Shown in pieces: positions 1 through 13,057 of a stretch of 64,000 nt of DNA; position 1 is the first letter of the stretch, and each line of letters begins with the position of its first letter. The stretch is from Eledone cirrhosa. Its lineage: Eukaryota. Both the position numbers and the translations under genes were made by a program. The notes beneath the pieces are model-generated. The model saw only the letters and a program-made list of their open reading frames with translations, had not been told where the DNA came from and did not search any database. Location of the stretch: positions 62,001 to 126,000 of the forward strand of contig CAXHJY010001158.1 in assembly GCA_964016885.1 (NCBI GenBank). The letters are read 5' to 3'.

Positions 1-3000
1 AGTAGCAAATATTCGAACGAGACATTCGTATTCGAAAGAACGTTTGTCTGGAAGTTGCGATCCATGCCCGGTGGATAGTTGGTTCCGGGCTTTACTATGA
101 TTGTTGCAAAACAGAAACTTAAAGGGATTGACAGAATTTGCGATTCCGGAGAGGGGGCGATCCGTCTGCTTGATTTCGATAACGAACGAGACATTCGTAT
201 CCGAAAGAACGTTTGTCTGGAAACTGGTGAGTCAGTGAGTCGAAAAAAAAAATATCTCGGTGGTAGTAGCAAATATTCGAACGAGACATTCGTATGCGAA
301 AGAACGTTTGTCGGTGGTAGTAGCAAATATTCGAACGAGACATTCGTATGCGAAAGAACGTTTGTCGGTGGTAGTAGCAAATATTCGAACGAGACATTCG
401 TATGCGAAAGAACGTTTGTCTGGAAGTGGCGATCCATGCCCGGTGGATAGTTGGTTCCGGGTTTTACTATGATTGTTGCAAAACAGAAACTTAAAGGGAT
501 TGACAGAATTTGCGATTCCAGAGAGAGGGCGATCCGTCTGCTTGATTCCGATAACGAACGAGACATTCGTATCCGAAAGAACGTTTGTCTGGAAACTGGT
601 GAGTCAGTGAGTCGAAAAAAAAATATCTCGGTGGTAGTAGCAAATATTCGAACGAGACATTCGTATGCGAAAGAACGTTTGTCGGTGGTAGTAGCAAATA
701 TTCGAACGAGACATTCGTATGCGAAAGAACGTTTGTCTGGAAGTGGCGATCCATGCCCGGTGGATAGTTGGTTCCGGGTTTTACTATGATTGTTGCAAAA
801 CAGAAACTTAAAGGGATTGACAGAATTTGCGATTCCGGAGAGGGGGCGATCCGTCTGCTTGATTCCGATAACGAACGAGACATTCGTATCCGAAAGAACG
901 TTTGTCTGGAAACTGGTGAGTCAGTGAGTCGAAAAAAAAAATATCTCGGTGGTAGTAGCAAATATTCGAACGAGACATTCGTATGCGAAAGAACGTTTGT
1001 CGGTGGTAGTAGCAAATATTCGAACGAGACATTCGTATGCGAAAGAACGTTTGTCTGGAAGTGGCGATCCATGCCCGGTGGATAGTTGGTTGCGGGTTTT
1101 ACTATGATTGTTGCAAAACAGAAACTTAAAGGGATTGACAGAATTTGCGATTCCGGAGAGGGGGCGATCCGTCTGCTTGATTCCGATAACGAACGAGACA
1201 TTCGTATCCGAAAGAACGTTTGTCTGGAAACTGGTGAGTCAGTGAGTCGAAAAAAAAAATATCTCGGTGGTAGTAGCAAATATTCGAACGAGACATTCGT
1301 ATGCGAAAGAACGTTTGTCGGTGGTAGTAGCAAATATTCGAACGAGACATTCGTATGCGAAAGAACGTTTGTCGGTGGTAGTAGCAAATATTCGAACGAG
1401 ACATTCGTATGCGAAAGAACGTTTGTCTGGAAGTGGCGATCCATGCCCGGTGGATAGTTGGTTCCGGGTTTTACTATGATTGTTGCAAAACAGAAACTTA
1501 AAGGGATTGACAGAATTTGCGATTCCGGAGAGAGGGCGATCCGTCTGCTTGATTCCGATAACGAACGAGACATTCGTATCCGAAAGAACGTTTGTCTGGA
1601 AACTGGTGAGTCAGTGAGTCGAAAAAAAAATATCTCGGTGGTAGTAGCAAATATTCGTATGCGAAAGAAAAGATCTCGGTGGTAGTAGCAAATATTCGAA
1701 CGAGACATTCGTAGGCGAAAGAAAAATATCTCGGTGGTAGTAGCAAATATTCGAACGAGACATTCGTATTCGAAAGAACGTTTGTCTGGAAGTTGCGATC
1801 CATGCCCGGTGGATAGTTGGTTCCGGGTTTTACTATGATTGTTGCAAAACAGAAACTTAAAGGGATTGACAGAATTTGCGATTCCGGAGAGGGGGCGATC
1901 CGTCTGCTTGATTCCGATAACGAACGAGACATTCGTATCCGAAAGAACGTTTGTCTGGAAACTGGTGAGTCAGTGAGTCGAAAAAAAAAATATCTCGGTG
2001 GTAGTAGCAAATATTCGAACGAGACATTCGTATGCGAAAGAACGTTTGTCGGTGGTAGTAGCAAATATTCGAACGAGACATTCGTATGCGAAAGAACGTT
2101 TGTCGGTGGTAGTAGCAAATATTCGAACGAGACATTCGTATGCGAAAGAACGTTTGTCTGGAAGTGGCGATCCATGCCCGGTGGATAGTTGGTTCCGGGT
2201 TTTACTATGATTGTTGCAAAACAGAAACTTAAAGGGATTGACAGAATTTGCGATTCCGGAGAGGGGGCGATCCGTCTGCTTGATTCCGATAACGAACGAG
2301 ACATTCGTATCCGAAAGAACGTTTGTCTGGAAACTGGTGAGTCAGTGAGTCGAAAAAAAAAATATCTCGGTGGTAGTAGCAAATATTCGAACGAGACATT
2401 CGTATGCGAAAGAACGTTTGTCGGTGGTAGTAGCAAATATCCGAACGAGACATTCGTATGCGAAAGAACGTTTGTCGGTGGTAGTAGCAAATATTCGAAC
2501 GAGACATTCGTATGCGAAAGAACGTTTGTCTGGAAGTGGCGATCCATGCCCGGTGGATAGTTGGTTCCGGGTTTTACTATGATTGTTGCAAAACAGAAAC
2601 TTAAAGGGATTGACAGAATTTGCGATTCCGGAGAGAGGGCGATCCGTCTGCTTGATTCCGATAACGAACGAGACATTCGTATCCGAGAGAACGTTTGTCT
2701 GGAAACTGGTGAGTCAGTGAGTCGAAAAAAAAATATCTCGGTGGTAGTAGCAAATATTCGTATGCGAAAGAAAAGATCTCGGTGGTAGTAGCAAATATTC
2801 GAACGAGACATTCGTAGGCGAAAGAAAAATATCTCGGTGGTAGTAGCAAATATTCGAACGAGACATTCGTATTCGAAAGAACGTTTGTCTGGAAGTTGCG
2901 ATCCATGCCCGGTGGATAGTTGGTTCCGGGTTTTACTATGATTGTTGCAAAACAGAAACTTAAAGGGATTGACAGAATTTGCCATTCCGGAGAGGGGGCG

Positions 3001-4592
3001 ATCCGTCTGCTTGATTCCGATAACGAACGAGACATTCGTATCCGAAAGAACGTTTGTCTGGAAACTGGTGAGTCAGTGAGTCGAAAAAAAAATATCTCGG
3101 TGGTAGTAGCAAATATTCGAACGAGACATTCGTATGCGAAAGAACGTTTGTCTGGAAGTGGCGATCCATGCTCGGTGGATAGTTGGTTCCGGGTTTTACT
3201 ATGATTGTTGCAAAACAGAAACTTAAAGGGATTGACAGAATTTGCGATTCCGGAGAGGGGGCGATCCGTCTGCTTGATTCCGATAACGAACGAGACATTC
3301 GTATCCGAAAGAACGTTTGTCTGGAAACTGGTGAGTCAGTGAGTCGAAAAAAAAATATCTCGGTGGTAGTAGCAAATATTCGTATGCGAAAGAAAAGATC
3401 TCGGTGGTAGTAGCAAATATTCGAACGAGACATTCGTAGGCGAAAGAAAAATATCTCGGTGGTAGTAGCAAATATTCGAACGAGACATTCGTATTCGAAA
3501 GAACGTTTGTCTGGAAGTTGCGATCCATGCCCGGTGGATAGTTGGTTCCGGGCTTTACTATGATTGTTGCAAAACAGAAACTTAAAGGGATTGACAGAAT
3601 TTGCGATTCCGGAGAGGGGGCGATCCGTCTGCTTGATTTCGATAACGAACGAGACATTCGTATCCGAAAGAACGTTTGTCTGGAAACTGGTGAGTCAGTG
3701 AGTCGAAAAAAAAAATATCTCGGTGGTAGTAGCAAATATTCGAACGAGACATTCGTATGCGAAAGAACGTTTGTCGGTGGTAGTAGCAAATATTCGAACG
3801 AGACATTCGTATGCGAAAGAACGTTTGTCGGTGGTAGTAGCAAATATTCGAACGAGACATTCGTATGCGAAAGAACGTTTGTCTGGAAGTGGCGATCCAT
3901 GCCCGGTGGATAGTTGGTTCCGGGTTTTACTATGATTGTTGCAAAACAGAAACTTAAAGGGATTGACAGAATTTGCGATTCCAGAGAGAGGGCGATCCGT
4001 CTGCTTGATTCCGATAACGAACGAGACATTCGTATCCGAAAGAACGTTTGTCTGGAAACTGGTGAGTCAGTGAGTCGAAAAAAAAATATCTCGGTGGTAG
4101 TAGCAAATATTCGAACGAGACATTCGTATGCGAAAGAACGTTTGTCTGGAAGTGGCGATCCATGCTCGGTGGATAGTTGGTTCCGGGTTTTACTATGATT
4201 GTTGCAAAACAGAAACTTAAAGGGATTGACAGAATTTGCGATTCCGGAGAGGGGGCGATCCGTCTGCTTGATTCCGATAACGAACGAGACATTCGTATCC
4301 GAAAGAACGTTTGTCTGGAAACTGGTGAGTCAGTGAGTCGAAAAAAAAATATCTCGGTGGTAGTAGCAAATATTCGTATGCGAAAGAAAAGATCTCGGTG
4401 GTAGTAGCAAATATTCGAACGAGACATTCGTATGCGAAAGAAAAATATCTCGGTGGTAGTAGCAAATATTCGAACGAGACATTCGTATTCGAAAGAACGT
4501 TTGTCTGGAAGTTGCGATCCATGCCCGGTGGATAGTTGGTTCCGGGCTTTACTATGATTGTTGCAAAACAGAAACTTAAAGGAATTGACAGA
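1..4592 (+). repeat. rRNA-derived chimeric satellite (18S/28S fragments), copy A
   Basis: Monomers of 263, 317/318, 359 and 372 bp (~209-bp core plus n x 54 bp). Motifs: GATTCCGATAACGAACGAGAC (18S), GAAACTTAAAGG.ATTGAC (18S), GGTGGTAGTAGCAAATATTC (28S). Confidence 0.93.
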
Positions 4593-4975
4593 ATTTTCGA
4601 ATCGACATCAACTCGGCTACGGCTATCCCGTCGAGTACGAGAGTATCGCGGGATCAGAGCAACGGTTTGCTAGGCTGCCTCTGAGCGATAACGGCTGAAC
4701 GCCTCCTCTAAGCCGGAACCCTAGCCGGACCCGAGTTGTTTTTCGACAAGCGTCTCGACCTTCTTAAGGCCCATGCCTTAGTTTGGCGATTGCCGTCCGT
4801 TCGCCGACGGCGGCAGCGTCAGCGGAAATGCCATTCTGTGACGACTACGACGATTCGTCGTCGTCGTCGTCCATTCGATTTCCTGAAAGAGATAGAGACT
4901 AAAGTGATCAAATTGTTCGGAGTTACGTGCTTAGTAGAGCAGCTACCACACTGCAATCTATTGAGAGTTTTCTGA
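4593..4975 (+). pseudogene. Degenerate 28S rRNA 3'-terminal fragment
   Basis: Colinear 28S 3' motifs: AGTACGAGAG (sarcin-ricin loop, 4634-4643), GGCTGAACGCCTC..TAAG, GTAGAGCAGCT...GCAATCTATTGAGAG. Confidence 0.85.
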
Positions 4976-5400
4976 CGAACGATACAATCCGCCCACGTGG
5001 CGCCAGAAAGGGAGAAGAAAAGAAAAGTTAGACGCCGCCGATCGATCGGTTCGTTGTTTTACGTGTACACAGCTTGTGTGTGTGTCTGTATGTGATACAA
5101 GCCGCCTATCCGTCTTCCAAGTAAGTTTTGTGTGTAGACTGCGGAAAGAAATCCAATCCGCCGTCTAGGCGGTTCTGCCGCCGACCCATACTTTTGCGAG
5201 TCGCTCCCGGGAAAGACAGGCGGCAAGACGGCGTGTATACACGACGCCTTCCGTCTTCCGCCTCGAACCCGGCAAACGTTCCTTTATTCGTCCACGCCTT
5301 CCCGCTTCGATCGCGAGAAAGTAATCAATCTGTTTTGTGTGTGTGTCTGTGTGTGATACAAATTTGTTTTCTTAATTTGATAACCATGAATTGTTTCAAC
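4976..5400 (+). other. 3'-ETS/IGS-like GC-rich trailer
   Basis: CpG-rich segment directly after the 28S 3' end, with short dyads and a duplicated TGTGTGTGTGTCTGT.TGTGATACAA; assigned by position. Confidence 0.45.
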
Positions 5401-5714
5401 ACCGGCCCTTTTAAGGGCCACTTATATTTTCAATAATCAGTTTAAATGGGTTGCACCGTAGCCACTTGGTAATACACTGCAAATCTCCCGTCAATCTATG
5501 AAGGTTTTGTAGTAGATTAGATCAAAACACAATCAGCAAGACAGTAATGGAATGAATAATATAAACATTTGTTTATAATTAAAGCCTTAAGATGTCCCTC
5601 CCTCCCTCCCTTCCTTCCTTCCTTCCTTCCTTCCTTCCTTCCTTCCTTACGATATACACTTTAATAACATTGAAACTTATTTAATAAGTTTAAATTTTAA
5701 ACACTTTTTATTCA

Positions 5715-5846
5715 GACGTACCGCGATAAGTAACTAGATATGTTCTAACGAATAATCCGCGATGTGGCGAGGATTACCGCGATAGGAAATTAGATACGTT
5801 CCAAAGAAATATCCGCGAAAAGTGAACCGCGATATAGCGGGTTCAC
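5715..5846. mobile_element. Possible Tc1/mariner-pogo MITE end fragment
   Basis: Repeated CCGCGAT motifs ending in the hairpin GTGAACCGCGATATAGCGGGTTCAC; second terminus not found. Confidence 0.3.
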
Positions 5847-5848
5847 CA

Positions 5849-5909
5849 GCCAGTGTATTACTGGTACTTTATTTTATCGACCCCCATAAGGATGAAAGGC
5901 AAAGTTAAC
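5849..5909 (-). mobile_element. tRNA-derived SINE fragment
   Basis: Reverse complement of the SINE core at 17111-17220 (GTTAACTTTGCCTTTCATCCT..GGGGTCGATAAAATAAAG). Confidence 0.75.
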
Positions 5910-6004
5910 TGTGCAATAACAAAGGGAGATAACCTCGTCTTTTTTTTTTTACGGAGTTATTTCCCTTTAAATTTTATCTATTACTTATGATGATACAATT
6001 TAAT

Positions 6005-6135
6005 CAGTTCTTAGCTGTCGAGACACTGCATCCTTTAAAACCTCCATGGAACAAGCTACCTGCAACAGTTGTTAGCTGTCGAGACACTGCATCTTTTAAA
6101 ACCTCCATGGAACAAACTACCTGCATCAGTTGTTA
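6005..6135 (+). repeat. ~61-bp tandem duplication
   Basis: Two copies of TTAGCTGTCGAGACACTGCATC.TTTAAAACCTCCATGGAACAA.CTACCTGCA. Confidence 0.8.
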
Positions 6136-6136
6136 G

Positions 6137-6195
6137 GGTCTGAGTTCAAATCACGCCGAGGAGGTTAACTTTGCCTTTCATCCTTACGGGGTCGG
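6137..6195 (+). mobile_element. tRNA-derived SINE fragment
   Basis: GGTCTGAGTTCAAATC (B-box-like) followed by the SINE core, truncated at GGGGTCG. Confidence 0.75.
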
Positions 6196-6403
6196 TCGGA
6201 AAACGAACCATTCCCGGTTCGCTTTCGAAGCGGGTTTCCGAAAACAGCGCTTCTCTCGACCGGGCCCGTCGTCCGCTCGGCGGTGGTTTTCATCGTCCCA
6301 GGCACGGCTAACAGGCGGAGACGGGACAAACGCGCGTGTTCCTTTTTTTATCAGCCGCAGCGCCGTTCGTATATATGCTTAGGTTGTTTTTTTTTTAAAT
6401 ATC

Positions 6404-6619
6404 CTAAGTTAAGTTGGGGCTAAGTTAAGTTGAGGTTAAGTTGAGTTGGGGTTAAGTTAAGTGGGGGTTAAGTTAAGCTGGGGTTAAGTTAAGTTGAGGT
6501 TAAGTTAAGTTGGGGTTAAGTCAAGTTGGGGTTAAGTTAAGTTGGGGTTAAGTTAGGTTGGGGTTAAGTTAGGTTGGGGTTAAGTTAAGTTGGGGTTAAG
6601 TTAGGTTGCGGTTAAGTTA
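6404..6619 (+). repeat. G-rich ~16-bp minisatellite (TTAAGTTAAGTTGGGG)n
   Basis: Directly visible; copy B at ~43078-43310 has one extra unit. Confidence 0.9.
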
Positions 6620-9600
6620 CATTCGCCGCCGGACTTCAGCTTCCTCATTTAGCATGGGCAGTTTTTCTTGAAAATCACACCACACACAGCAAATGTGTGT
6701 CCGTACATGTACCAGTAATTACAGATCGATTCCGGTGAAAATTCACTGAAAACGGGCCATCCGGCCCTGTGCGTCGATCGTGGGCCGGCCGGATGTTGAC
6801 GGATCGATGTGTAATTAGAAGTACATGTGCGGACACTCATTGGCTGTGCGTGGTATGCATTTCAGCAAGATATCTCCGTAACATCAAGAATTATGGCTGT
6901 GGAGGCACACCTAGTCAAACGTAAACAAGGTCTGGAGCGTTTACGCTTCGCGATTTTGTTTACGTTTGACTAGGTGTGCCTCCACAGCCATAACTCTTGA
7001 TGTTACGGAGATATCTTGCTGAAATGCAGACCGCGCACAGCCAATGAGTGTCCGCACATGTACTTCTAATTACACATCGATCCGTCAACATCCGGCCGGC
7101 CCACGATCGACGCACAGGGCCGGATGGCCCGTTTTCAGTGAATTTTCACCGGAATCGATCTGTAATTACTGGTACATGTGCGGAGACACATTTGCTGTGT
7201 GTGGTGTGATTTTCAAGAAAAACTGCCCATGCTAAATGAGGAAGCTGAAGTCCGCCGGCGAATGGTGTGCTTCGAAGAAAACTAATTCGAAAATGACCGT
7301 TTGCAGGCGGAGTAACCTTTTCGATCGTGGGCCAGCCGCCCGTGGTGGGATCCATCTGTAATTACTGGTACATGTGCGGACATACATTTGCTGTGTGTGG
7401 TGTGATTTTCAAGAAGAACTGCCCATGCTAAATGAGGAAGCTGAAGTCCGCCGGCGAATGGTGTGCTTCGAAGAAAACTAATTCGAAAATGACCGTTTGC
7501 AGGCGGGGTAACCTTTTCGATCGTGGGCCAGCCGCCCGTGGTGGGATCCATCTGTAATTACTGGTACATGTGCGGACACACATTTGCTGTGTGTGGTGTG
7601 ATTTTCGAGAAAGACTGCCCATGCTAAATGAGGAAGCTGAAGTCCGCCGGCGAATGGTGTGCTTCGAAGAAAACTAATTCGAAAATGACTATTTGCCGGC
7701 GGAATCACCTTTTCGGTCCTGGTCCGGCCGGATCTTGCCGGATCGATCGGAAATTTGTGGACCATGTTCGGAAGGCCATTGTGCATGTGTGGTGAAAAAA
7801 ATTTGTGTCGAAATCTTCTCGGAAAATAACGGATCGCCGGCGGAGATTGCCATTTCGATCGTGGGCCGGCCGGATCTTGTCGGATCGATTCGGACATATG
7901 TGCATCGTGTTCGCAAGGCCCTTGTCTATGTGTGGTGTGATTTTCATAAAGAAATTCCGAAAAACCCAGTTTTAAATCTGATTTCGCCAAAGAATTTTGG
8001 CTATCAGATCGGGTTGAAAGGTATGGTTTCAGGTCGATCTGAAAGTCTAAAATGGAATTCACTCGGTTAGCTAACTATTGATATATCGGAGATATCTTTC
8101 TGAAAATCACACCACACACTCCCAATGAGTGTCTGCACATGTACCAGTAATTACAGATGGATCCCACCACGGGCGGCCGGCCCACGATCGAAAAGGTTAC
8201 TCCGAAGCACACCATTCGCCGGCGGAATTCATTTAGCATGGGCAGTTTTTCTCGAAAATCACACCACACACAGCCAATGAGTGTCCGCACATGTACCAGT
8301 AATTACAGATGGATCCCACCACGGGCGGCTGGCCCACGATCGAAAAGGTTACTCCGCCTGCAAACGGTCATTTTCGAATTCGTTTTCTTCGAAGCACACG
8401 ATTCGCCGGCGGACTTCAGCTGCCTCATTTAGCATGGGCAGTTTTTCTCGAAAATCACACCACACACAGCAAATGTGTGTCCGCACATGTACCAGTAATT
8501 ACAGATCGATTCCGGTGAAAATTCACTGAAAACGGGCCATTCGGCCCTGTGCGTCGATCGTGGGCCGGCCGGATGTTGACGGATCGATGTGTAATTAGAA
8601 GTACATGTGCGGACACTCATTGGCTGTGCGTGGTATGCATTTCAGCAAGATATCTCCGTAACATCAAGAGTTATGGCTGTGGAGGCACACCTAGTCAAAC
8701 GTAAACAAGCTCTGGAGCGTATACGCTTCGCGATTTTGTTTACGTTTGACTAGGTGTGCCTCCACAGCCACAACTCTTGATGTTACGGAGATATCTTGCT
8801 GAAATGCATACCACGCACAGCCAATGAGTGTCCGCACATGTACTTCTAATTACACATCGATCCGTCAACATCCGGCCGGCCCACGATCGACGCACAGGGC
8901 CGGATGGCCCGTTTTCAGTGAATTTTCACCGGAATCGATCTGTAATTACTGGTACATGTGCGGACATACATTTGCTGTGTGTGGTGTGATTTTCACGAAA
9001 AACTGCCCATGCTAAATGAGGAAGCTGAAGTCCGCCGGCGAATGGTGTGCTTCGAAGAAAACTAATTCGAAAATGACCGTTTGCAGGCGGGGTAACCTTT
9101 TCGATCGTGGGCCAGCCGCCCGTGGTGGGATCCATCTGTAATTACTGGTACATGTGCGGACACACATTTGCTGTGTGTGGTGTGATTTTCGAGAAAGACT
9201 GCCCATGCTAAATGAGGAAGCTGAAGTCCGCCGGCGAATGGTGTGCTTCGAAGAAAACTAATTCGAAAATGACTATTTGCCGGCGGAATCACCTTTTCGG
9301 TCCTGGTCCGGCCGGATCTTGCCGGATCGATCGGAAATTTGTGGACCATGTTCGGAAGGCCATTGTGCATGTGTGGTGAAAAAAATTTGTGTCGAAATCT
9401 TCTCGGAAAATAACGGATCGCCGGCGGAGATTGCCATTTCGATCGTGGGCCGGCCGGATCTTGTCGGATCGATTCGGACATATGTGCATCGTGTTCGCAA
9501 GGCCCTTGTCTATGTGTGGTGTGATTTTCATAAAGAAATTCCGAAAAACCCAGTTTTAAATCTGATTTCGCCAAAGAATTTTGGGTATCAGATCGGGTTG

Positions 9601-11880
9601 AAAGGTATGGTTTCAGGTCGATCTGAAAGTCTAAAATGGAATTCACTCGGTTAGCTAACTTTTGATATATCGGAGATATCTTTCTGAAAATCACACCACA
9701 CACTCCCAATGAGTGTCTGCACATGTACCAGTAATTACAGATGGATCCCACCACGGGCGGCCGGCCCACGATCGAAAAGGTTACTCCGAAGCACACCATT
9801 CGCCGGCGGAATTCATTTAGCATGGGCAGTTTTTCTCGAAAATCACACCACACACAGCCAATGAGTGTCCGCACATGTACCAGTAATTACAGATGGATCC
9901 CACCACGGGCGGCTGGCCCACGATCGAAAAGGTTACTCCGCCTGCAAACGGTCATTTTCGAATTAGTTTTCTTCGAAGCACACCATTCGCCGGCGGACTT
10001 CAGCTTCCTCATTTAGCATGGGCAGTTTTTCTCGAAAATCACACCACACACAGCAAATGTGTGTCCGCACATGTACCAGTAATTACAGATCGATTCCGGT
10101 GAAAATTCACTGAAAACGGGCCATTCTGCCCTGTGCGTCGATCGTGGGCCGGCCGGATGTTGACGGATCGATGTGTAATTAGAAGTACATGTGCGGACAC
10201 TCATTGGCTGTGCGTGGTATGCATTTCAGCAAGATATCTCCGTAACATCAAGAGTTATGGCTGTGGAGGCACACCTAGTCAAACGTAAACAAGCTCTGGA
10301 GCGTATACGCTTCGCGATTTTGTTTACGTTTGACTAGGTGTGCCTCCACAGCCACAACTCTTGATGTTACGGAGATATCTTGCTGAAATGCATACCACGC
10401 ACAGCCAATGAGTGTCCGCACATGTACTTCTAATTACACATCGATCCGTCAACATCCGGCCGGCCCACGATCGACGCACAGGGCCGGATGGCCCGTTTTC
10501 AGTGAATTTTCACCGGAATCGATCTGTAATTACTGGTACATGTGCGGACACACATTTGCTGTGTGTGGTGTGATTTTCACGAAAAACTGCCCATGCTAAA
10601 TGAGGAAGCTGAAGTCCGCCGGCGAATGGTGTGCTTCGAAGAAAACTAATTCGAAAATGACCGTTTGCAGGCGGAGTAACCTTTTCGATCGTGGGCCAGC
10701 CGCCCGTGGTGGGATACATCTGTAATTACTGGTACATGTGCGGACACACATTTGCTGTGTGTGGTGTGATTTTCGAGAAAGACTGCCCATGCTAAATGAG
10801 GAAGCTGAAGTCCGCCGGCGAATGGTGTGCTTCGAAGAAAACTAATTCGAAAATGACTATTTGCCGGCGGAATCACCTTTTCGGTCCTGGTCCGGCCGGA
10901 TCTTGCCGGATCGATCGGAAATTTGTGGACCATGTTCGGAAGGCCATTGTGCATGTGTGGTGAAAAAAATTTGTGTCGAAATCTTCTCGGAAAATAACGG
11001 ATCGCCGGCGGAGATTGCCATTTCGATCGTGGGCCGGCCGGATCTTGTCGGATCGATTCGGACATATGTGCATCGTGTTCGCAAGGCCCTTGTCTATGTG
11101 TGGTGTGATTTTCATAAAGAAATTCCGAAAAACCCAGTTTTAAATCTGATTTCGCCAAAGAATTTTGGCTATCAGATCGGGTTGAAAGGTATGGTTTCAG
11201 GTCGATCTGAAAGTCTAAAATGGAATTCACTCGGTTAGCTAACTATTGATATATCGGAGATATCTTTCTGAAAATCACACCACACACAGCCAATGAGTGT
11301 CCGCACATGTACCAGTAATTACAGATGGATCCCACCACGGGCGGCTGGCCCACGATCGAAAAGGTTACTCCGCCTGCAAACGGTCATTTTCGAATTAGTT
11401 TTCTTCGAAGCACACCATTCGCCGGCGGACTTCAGCTTCCTCATTTAGCATGGGCAGTTTTTCTTGAAAATCACACCACACACAGCAAATGTGTGTCCGC
11501 ACATGTACCAGTAATTACAGATCGATTCCGGTGAAAATTCACTGAAAACGGGCCATTCGGCCCTGTGCGTCGATCGTGGGCCGGCCGGATGTTGACGGAT
11601 CGATGTGTAATTAGAAGTACATGTGCGGACACTCATTGGCTGTGCGTGGTATGCATTTCACTAAGATATCTCCGTAACATCAAGAGTTATGGCTGTGGAG
11701 GCACACCTAGTCAAACGTAAACAAGGTCTGGAGCGTTTACGCTTCGCGATTTTGTTTACGTTTGACTAGGTGTGCCTCCACAGCGACAACTCTTGATGTT
11801 ACGGAGATATCTTGCTGAAATTCATACCACGCACAGCCAATGAGTGTCCGCACATGTACCTGTAATTACACATCGATCCG
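6620..11880. repeat. Palindromic higher-order satellite, copy A
   Basis: Inverted arms around 27-nt loops at 6929-6955, 8709-8735, 10293-10319 and 11725-11751; periods 1780, 1584 and 1432 bp; 196- and 152-bp subrepeats. Confidence 0.93.
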
Positions 11881-11967
11881 ACGACGGACAGAGTATTCGG
11901 TTTATTTTCTTGACATATTTCTTTACATATTGTCCAGGCATGCACTTTTTCCATGATTAGTTCTGTT

Positions 11968-12023
11968 GACGGCCCGCTTTCCAAAATACCTTATCCTGTG
12001 CAACGCCGGGTACCACTGCTAGT
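11968..12023 (-). mobile_element. Helentron/HINE-like terminus
   Basis: Reverse complement of ACTAGCAGTGGTACCCGGCGTTGCAC.GGATAA, abutting a (TA)n tract; homologous to 15098-15153. Confidence 0.5.
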
Positions 12024-12420
12024 ATATATATGTGTATGTATATATATATATATATATTGGTAAACGGAATAGAAAATTGTGACAAATTGTTCACAGTGAA
12101 AAATAGTTTAATTAGGAATAAGTGATAATTAGTAATAGTATTGGTTAGTATTAAGTTTTGGTTTTAAGTTTTACCGGTTGCGCATTTCTAATGCTTTTCA
12201 AAAATAATTTTGAGATAGAGCGTCCGTGATGTTTGCTCTGATCTGTATATATATATATATATATATAGACAAACAGTAGAAAGGAAAAAGATTTTTTCAG
12301 TAGAAATTGCTGAAGAGATTCTTTCAGTGTAATTTCAAAACATTAATTTATTTATAAAGTGGATATTTCCACATTTAATAATGGCACTGGGTTCAGCATT
12401 ATATACATTGTCAATTGTGG

Positions 12421-12746
12421 ATTCTACTTTTGGCACAAGGGCTGCAATTATCCAGTACATTACTGGTACTTTATTATTTATACAAATAATAATTGTTTCT
12501 ACTTTTGGCACAAGGGCAGCAATTACCCAGTACATTACTGGTACTTTATTATTTATACAAATAATAATTGTTTCTACTTTAGGCACAAGGTCAGCAATTA
12601 CCCAGTACATTACTGGTACTTTATTATTTATACAAATAATAATTGTTTCTACTTTAGGCACAAGGTCAGCAATTACCCCAGTACTTTATTTTATCGACCC
12701 CGTAAGGATGAAAGAAAAGTTAACCTCAACGGGATTTGAACTCAGT
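12421..12746 (-). repeat. 75-bp SINE-tail-derived tandem repeat (about 3.5 units) plus SINE body
   Basis: Units start at 12421, 12496, 12571 and 12646 and run into a reverse SINE core at 12678-12746; copy A only. Confidence 0.8.
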
Positions 12747-12836
12747 CTGTAAAGGGAGGTAACTGCTGGATTAATTTGGTTAATTAAGTTAACAGAAATT
12801 ATGAACCGGTTTCTACAGAGCCTTCTGGACATTTAA

Positions 12837-13057
12837 CCCTTTAGCATTTAAACCAGCCATACCTAGCCAGAATACTCTCACATCTTTCTGTTCAAACCAG
12901 CCATAACTGGCCACTCATACTGACGTTAAGGTATTGTTCTCAATATAAATAATATCAAAATCTCATAGATTCGATATTATATGAGATAATTATGTAAGAT
13001 AAAGCCTTTACCACAAAAATACAATAGTATATATAGAGTAATAAAAATGCTAAAGGG
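12837..13057. mobile_element. piggyBac-like MITE
   Basis: TTAA|CCCTTTAGCATTT ... AAATGCTAAAGGG|TAAA: 13-bp TIRs and a TTAA-like target site. Confidence 0.75.

Noticed and set aside
79-4522. Dozens of repeated ORFs (MVPGFTMIVAKQ..., MSRSNICYYH...) in the satellite, also at 34462-41196
   Set aside because: They are translations of rRNA-derived repeats. Frames flip with a variable poly-A length, starts are mostly TTG, and no protein domain is recognisable.
6620-11880. CENP-B box as evidence of a centromere
   Set aside because: Many TTCG words, but I found no clear TTCG-N4-A-N2-CGGG match by eye; centromere status cannot be called from sequence.
6649-11984. ORFs of 63-270 aa on both strands of the palindromic satellite
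   Set aside because: Mirror-image ORFs produced by inverted repeats, with no recognisable domains.
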